Below are positions 47,657-50,811 of a DNA stretch of 50,811 nt, piece after piece (position 1 is the stretch's first letter; each line of letters begins with the position of its first letter). The stretch is from positions 1 to 50,811 of IMG/VR virus record IMGVR_UViG_3300005326_000013. One strand, given 5' to 3'. The notes beneath the pieces were generated by a model that was given only the letters and a program-made list of their open reading frames with translations, was not told the origin of the DNA and did no database searches. Origin of the DNA: a virus. Lineage: Duplodnaviria > Caudoviricetes. The translations under genes were made by a program, and so were the position numbers.

Positions 47657-47716
47657 TGTCTTATCTCCTATAAGTCGGCCACATTACACTTCTTGCAGCC
47701 GATTACTTGAAAGGGT

Positions 47717-48196
47717 TTATTTACTATTCAAACTCCCGCAAAAACCGCACCCGGTTCCTACGTTTGGTTGATAAATTATCCTTGATATTGTTACCGTGCC
47801 AGCGGTTGCAGCGTCTTCCGTTGTAAGGCTATCATCGTCAGATAGCGTCAACGTACATCGGCTTAAACCTCTGACCGCGACGGTATAGTCACCGTCGTTT
47901 GTCCCGCTATCCGTTGCAATACGGATAGCCATGCCGCCTCTGAGAAGATTTTCGCCGAACAAGCATTTAGAATCACTTAGGTACGCGGCATCATCGCCGG
48001 ATTCCGCGGTGAACGAAATGGAGCCGGTTTCGTACATCTCTTCGACGTAAGTTGTTGGGGTGGGAGTCGCGTTCCCACCGTAGTTCCCTAATTTAGTCGG
48101 ACCTAGCCCGGACCACGGCATGGCCTTCTTGACACACTCCATGCCGCAGTATTGGCATCTGTAGGTGTATTCTGTTAGTTCCGGCACTCGGTCCAT
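47717..48196 (-). CDS. Zn-ribbon protein with inserted beta domain
   Basis: CQYCG at the N-terminus and CGFCG at the C-terminus. Confidence 0.6.
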   Translation of the reverse strand: MDRVPELTEYTYRCQYCGMECVKKAMPWSGLGPTKLGNYGGNATPTPTTYVEEMYETGSISFTAESGDDAAYLSDSKCLFGENLLRGGMAIRIATDSGTNDGDYTVAVRGLSRCTLTLSDDDSLTTEDAATAGTVTISRIIYQPNVGTGCGFCGSLNSK

Positions 48197-48199
48197 AGG

Positions 48200-48946
48200 C
48201 TACTTTCCAAACACCTCTTCAAGTTCCTTGTTCCCCCACCCAAGGTAGTCCATGTACTTTCGGGCCTGTGGAGACAGGTCCTTAGGAATACTGGACTTCT
48301 TAGCCGTGGTCGTGACCTTGCCAGATACCGTACCAAGAGGCATCCCAGCGGGCTTGTTTCCCGCAAGAGGGTTGGCCGGTTGAGCGTTCCTTTTCAGGAA
48401 GTAGTTCATGGCCGCTTCCTTGGCGAGCAGGGCACCAGCCGCGTCGGGCGGGAGGTCCATCCTCATCCGTGGAGCCGCAGCCTGGATCTCTTTGGCGAGG
48501 TCTTGTTTGACCGCCGCAAGCTGAGGGTTATTCAGCACTTCCCCCGCCGCTGCTACCATAGCCTTCTGAAAAAACTGCATCTTTTCCTGGTTCTTCCGGG
48601 CTGAAAGATCTTCCCATTTGTGTTCCAGCCATCTGTCGGGGTCGTCATAGATGGTCGGCCCTGATGATGCCGCCGGCTGGTCTGCCGCTGGTCTTTGGGT
48701 CTTCTGGTCGATAAGCGTCCCGATAGCTTGAAGCATGTCCTTTTCGCGCCTGCCGGTCCATGATGCCATCCGCTGAAACAGCCGTTCTTCAAGTTGCTGA
48801 ACGGGGTTCGGTTCCGGTTGCGCGGGCGGTTGAGCTTCGCCTTCGGGGGCCTGTGTTTCCTGTCCTTCGGCTTGTCCTTCCGGCTGGGCCGCTTCGCCAG
48901 GGGGTGTTTCCTGGGGCTGTGCGCCAGTGTCGGTTTCGTCTGCCAT
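48200..48946 (-). CDS. capsid scaffolding protein (putative)
   Basis: acidic P/Q/E N-terminus, helical core and short C-terminal helix-turn; AGGAGG RBS. Confidence 0.75.
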   Translation of the reverse strand: MADETDTGAQPQETPPGEAAQPEGQAEGQETQAPEGEAQPPAQPEPNPVQQLEERLFQRMASWTGRREKDMLQAIGTLIDQKTQRPAADQPAASSGPTIYDDPDRWLEHKWEDLSARKNQEKMQFFQKAMVAAAGEVLNNPQLAAVKQDLAKEIQAAAPRMRMDLPPDAAGALLAKEAAMNYFLKRNAQPANPLAGNKPAGMPLGTVSGKVTTTAKKSSIPKDLSPQARKYMDYLGWGNKELEEVFGK

Positions 48947-48979
48947 TTGTGCTTTCCTCCTGTTAGTTTGTGTGGTTGC

Positions 48980-49071
48980 AAAAAAAGGGCGACAATGTGA
49001 TGGTGTGGCACCACACTGCCGCCCTTAATTTGCTCTTAAAACTTGCCAGTTGGCCGACCGGCAAGCTAAGA
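48980..49071 (-). terminator. two-hairpin leader ending in a long terminator-like stem plus U7, upstream of the scaffold
   Basis: stems 49034-49071 and 48985-49026, then a U run. Confidence 0.6.
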
Positions 49072-49085
49072 TTACAGTTGTAAAA

Positions 49086-49424
49086 CTACCTCTTCAGCTT
49101 CCTCGCCTGTTCTTCGTGAATTTCTCGTTTCGTCAATGCCTCTGCCCACATCGTCATCTGTTGCCGGGCTATCTTGACTTCAAGACATGCCTGCTTGATG
49201 TCCTCCTTGTTCTTGTCAAATCCCTTGTCAGCAAGGGCAAGAATCTGGCCTACCTTTGCCGTGATAAGGTCAACCGCTCCGCTTAGGATCGCCTTGCCTT
49301 CGCTTGTCTGAAAGACCTTTTTGAGCAATTCCCCCACGAAGATTTCCTTCATCGCAATCTCTTGAAGGGACTCAGGAAACCTTGTGATATACTCCTTGAT
49401 GTCGAACCGTTGTTCCTCCGTCAT
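49086..49424 (-). CDS. hypothetical protein downstream of portal
   Basis: 112 aa; ATGA overlap with the portal stop. Confidence 0.7.
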   Translation of the reverse strand: MTEEQRFDIKEYITRFPESLQEIAMKEIFVGELLKKVFQTSEGKAILSGAVDLITAKVGQILALADKGFDKNKEDIKQACLEVKIARQQMTMWAEALTKREIHEEQARKLKR

Positions 49425-50811
49425 ACCGCCATCCCCCTTTGTGTCATGTTCATACGGTTAGCCTGTTCAGCCTGCCCCTGGGGAAGACCCGTCTGGTTCT
49501 GCGGCCCGCCTCCCGGCATACCACCAGGCTGTTGCCCTGCCCCGCCGGGCATCTGCCCCCCGGTAGCCAGTTGGTAGTAGGCGTTCAGTTTGGGGTCTTC
49601 CTCAAACATGAACTTCTTGAACGCCTTGAAATCCCCTCCCATGAGTTCGAGGACTTGCCCCATGATGTAGTTGACAACCATGGGCGTCTTGGGGTTCGGA
49701 AAGTTGACTACCCTTCCAAGCACCTGATCCCACATTCTGATCTTGACGGCCTTACTGTCTTCCGTCTCAAGGGCCTGCGATACGGGCTTGAACTTGTCTT
49801 CCCTGGCCGGGTTGTAAAACTGAGCGTACTCCCCGAGTATCCCTTCCAGCGTTTCGGGAAGCATGAAGTCATTACAAAGGCTTAAAAGCATATCGTAAAA
49901 CTCCGTGAACCCTATGAACTCAAGGGCCATGCTCTTCATGCCGATTCGGATGTTGCTATGTTGATTGACGATTGACGACGTTGTGGCCGTCTCCCGGCGG
50001 TCAGGCTCTACACCCATCGTTACAGGGCTTGTAGCCATGGCGTAGTCCATACGGCTTGTCAGCATTTGGTTCTGGACGATGCTACCCTGGATGTTGTCGG
50101 CAATCTGGAGTTCCCTGAGATCTTGAGTAATATCCTCCATCATGATTACGGACTCTGGGGATACTCTAACTTTCTCAGGTAATCCACTGAATTTCCTACC
50201 AATAAACGCCGGGGTTGTAGCCAATTTAGTCCGATAGTTCATCAGGTTAAAGCCGTCGTTTATGGCTATCTGGAGTTCCCGGTTGACCTCTCCGTCACCG
50301 AATCCGTTGTCGTTCAAGGGGTCCACATAGCATAGGAACCGCACCATAGGCCGCTTGCTGTACGGACTCGGCTGAAACCGGATAAGGTGCTCAATGTTCG
50401 GGGTCGTTCCGGTCGTGACAGCCGTGGTGACGATACAGTCGTAATACACGGCTTCCTTCTTCGGGTTGCCGTCCGTGTCAATCCCTACCTCGTAATCGGT
50501 CGGCCTTCCCTTCTCGTCGGAAGACTTGACTAAAAGCGGCAGCTTGCCCCACCGTTCAAGTAGGTCAAAACGGGGGACCGTAGGCGCGGAGGTGTCCTCT
50601 TTTCCTTCCTTGTTGTATGTCTCATGGCCTCGTTCGTCCTCTGATTTCTTGCCTATGTCCCGAAGGATATGGAGGTTGAAATACCCCATCCTTGCCGCTT
50701 CGGCTTCCAGCTTGTCAAGGGGTACGCCTTCCTCCTTGAAAATGATGTATTCCTTATCCTTTAGAGTATAGGAGTATTCCGGACTCATAAAGACGTTCTG
50801 GATAGGGTACA
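49421..50811 (-). CDS. portal protein, C-terminal part
   Basis: P22-like portal features (GFGDGE..ELQ..IN, ETAT motif, Q/G-rich tail); lies between terminase and scaffold. Confidence 0.88.
   Translation of the reverse strand, partial: YPIQNVFMSPEYSYTLKDKEYIIFKEEGVPLDKLEAEAARMGYFNLHILRDIGKKSEDERGHETYNKEGKEDTSAPTVPRFDLLERWGKLPLLVKSSDEKGRPTDYEVGIDTDGNPKKEAVYYDCIVTTAVTTGTTPNIEHLIRFQPSPYSKRPMVRFLCYVDPLNDNGFGDGEVNRELQIAINDGFNLMNYRTKLATTPAFIGRKFSGLPEKVRVSPESVIMMEDITQDLRELQIADNIQGSIVQNQMLTSRMDYAMATSPVTMGVEPDRRETATTSSIVNQHSNIRIGMKSMALEFIGFTEFYDMLLSLCNDFMLPETLEGILGEYAQFYNPAREDKFKPVSQALETEDSKAVKIRMWDQVLGRVVNFPNPKTPMVVNYIMGQVLELMGGDFKAFKKFMFEEDPKLNAYYQLATGGQMPGGAGQQPGGMPGGGPQNQTGLPQGQAEQANRMNMTQRGMAV
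50689..50811. repeat. terminal direct repeat (circular assembly overlap), copy 2
   Basis: identical to 1-123; portal ORF reads through in frame. Confidence 0.97.

Noticed and set aside
46406-47710. long plus-strand ORFs opposite structural genes (also 43177-43881, 32576-33220, 3173-3796)
   Set aside because: Antisense shadows of well-supported minus-strand genes; no motifs or convincing RBS
1-50811. alternative genetic code, or integrase/attP module
   Set aside because: Standard-code ORFs tile densely and all three stops end genes; no tyrosine or serine recombinase motif recognised

Overview
The window is a complete, circularly assembled tailed-phage genome of about 50,688 bp. Bases 1-123 are identical to 50689-50811, and the portal gene runs through that junction. 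It looks podovirus-like. A long minus-strand late block carries terminases, portal, scaffold, capsid cement, Mu gpT-like major capsid, two paralogous adaptors, nozzle, fibres, ejection proteins, a SleB-type hydrolase and a metallophosphoesterase. A minus-strand replication block carries an RHH regulator, pentapeptide-repeat protein, Cas4-like nuclease, SSB, frameshifted HNH, primase-helicase and VRR-NUC. Two plus-strand blocks of small accessory genes lie at about 8.06-10.3 kb and 19.1-25.6 kb. I recognise no integrase, DNA polymerase, reverse transcriptase or CRISPR array. The most unusual signals are mostly regulatory. (1) A sigma54-type (-24/-12) promoter with an exact IHF site and upstream palindromes precedes the first accessory block, and no phage-encoded enhancer-binding protein is evident. 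(2) A tRNA-like RNA has a ~49-nt insert replacing its anticodon loop. (3) The rightward early leader looks like a toehold switch complementary to the divergent transcript. (4) A C4-like antisense RNA precedes the replication genes, and phased iterons lie inside the primase gene. (5) A fibre-like protein and its two neighbours carry export signals. (6) Several accessory genes are flanked by duplicated gene-junction sequences. All family assignments come from reading motifs by eye; no searches were run.
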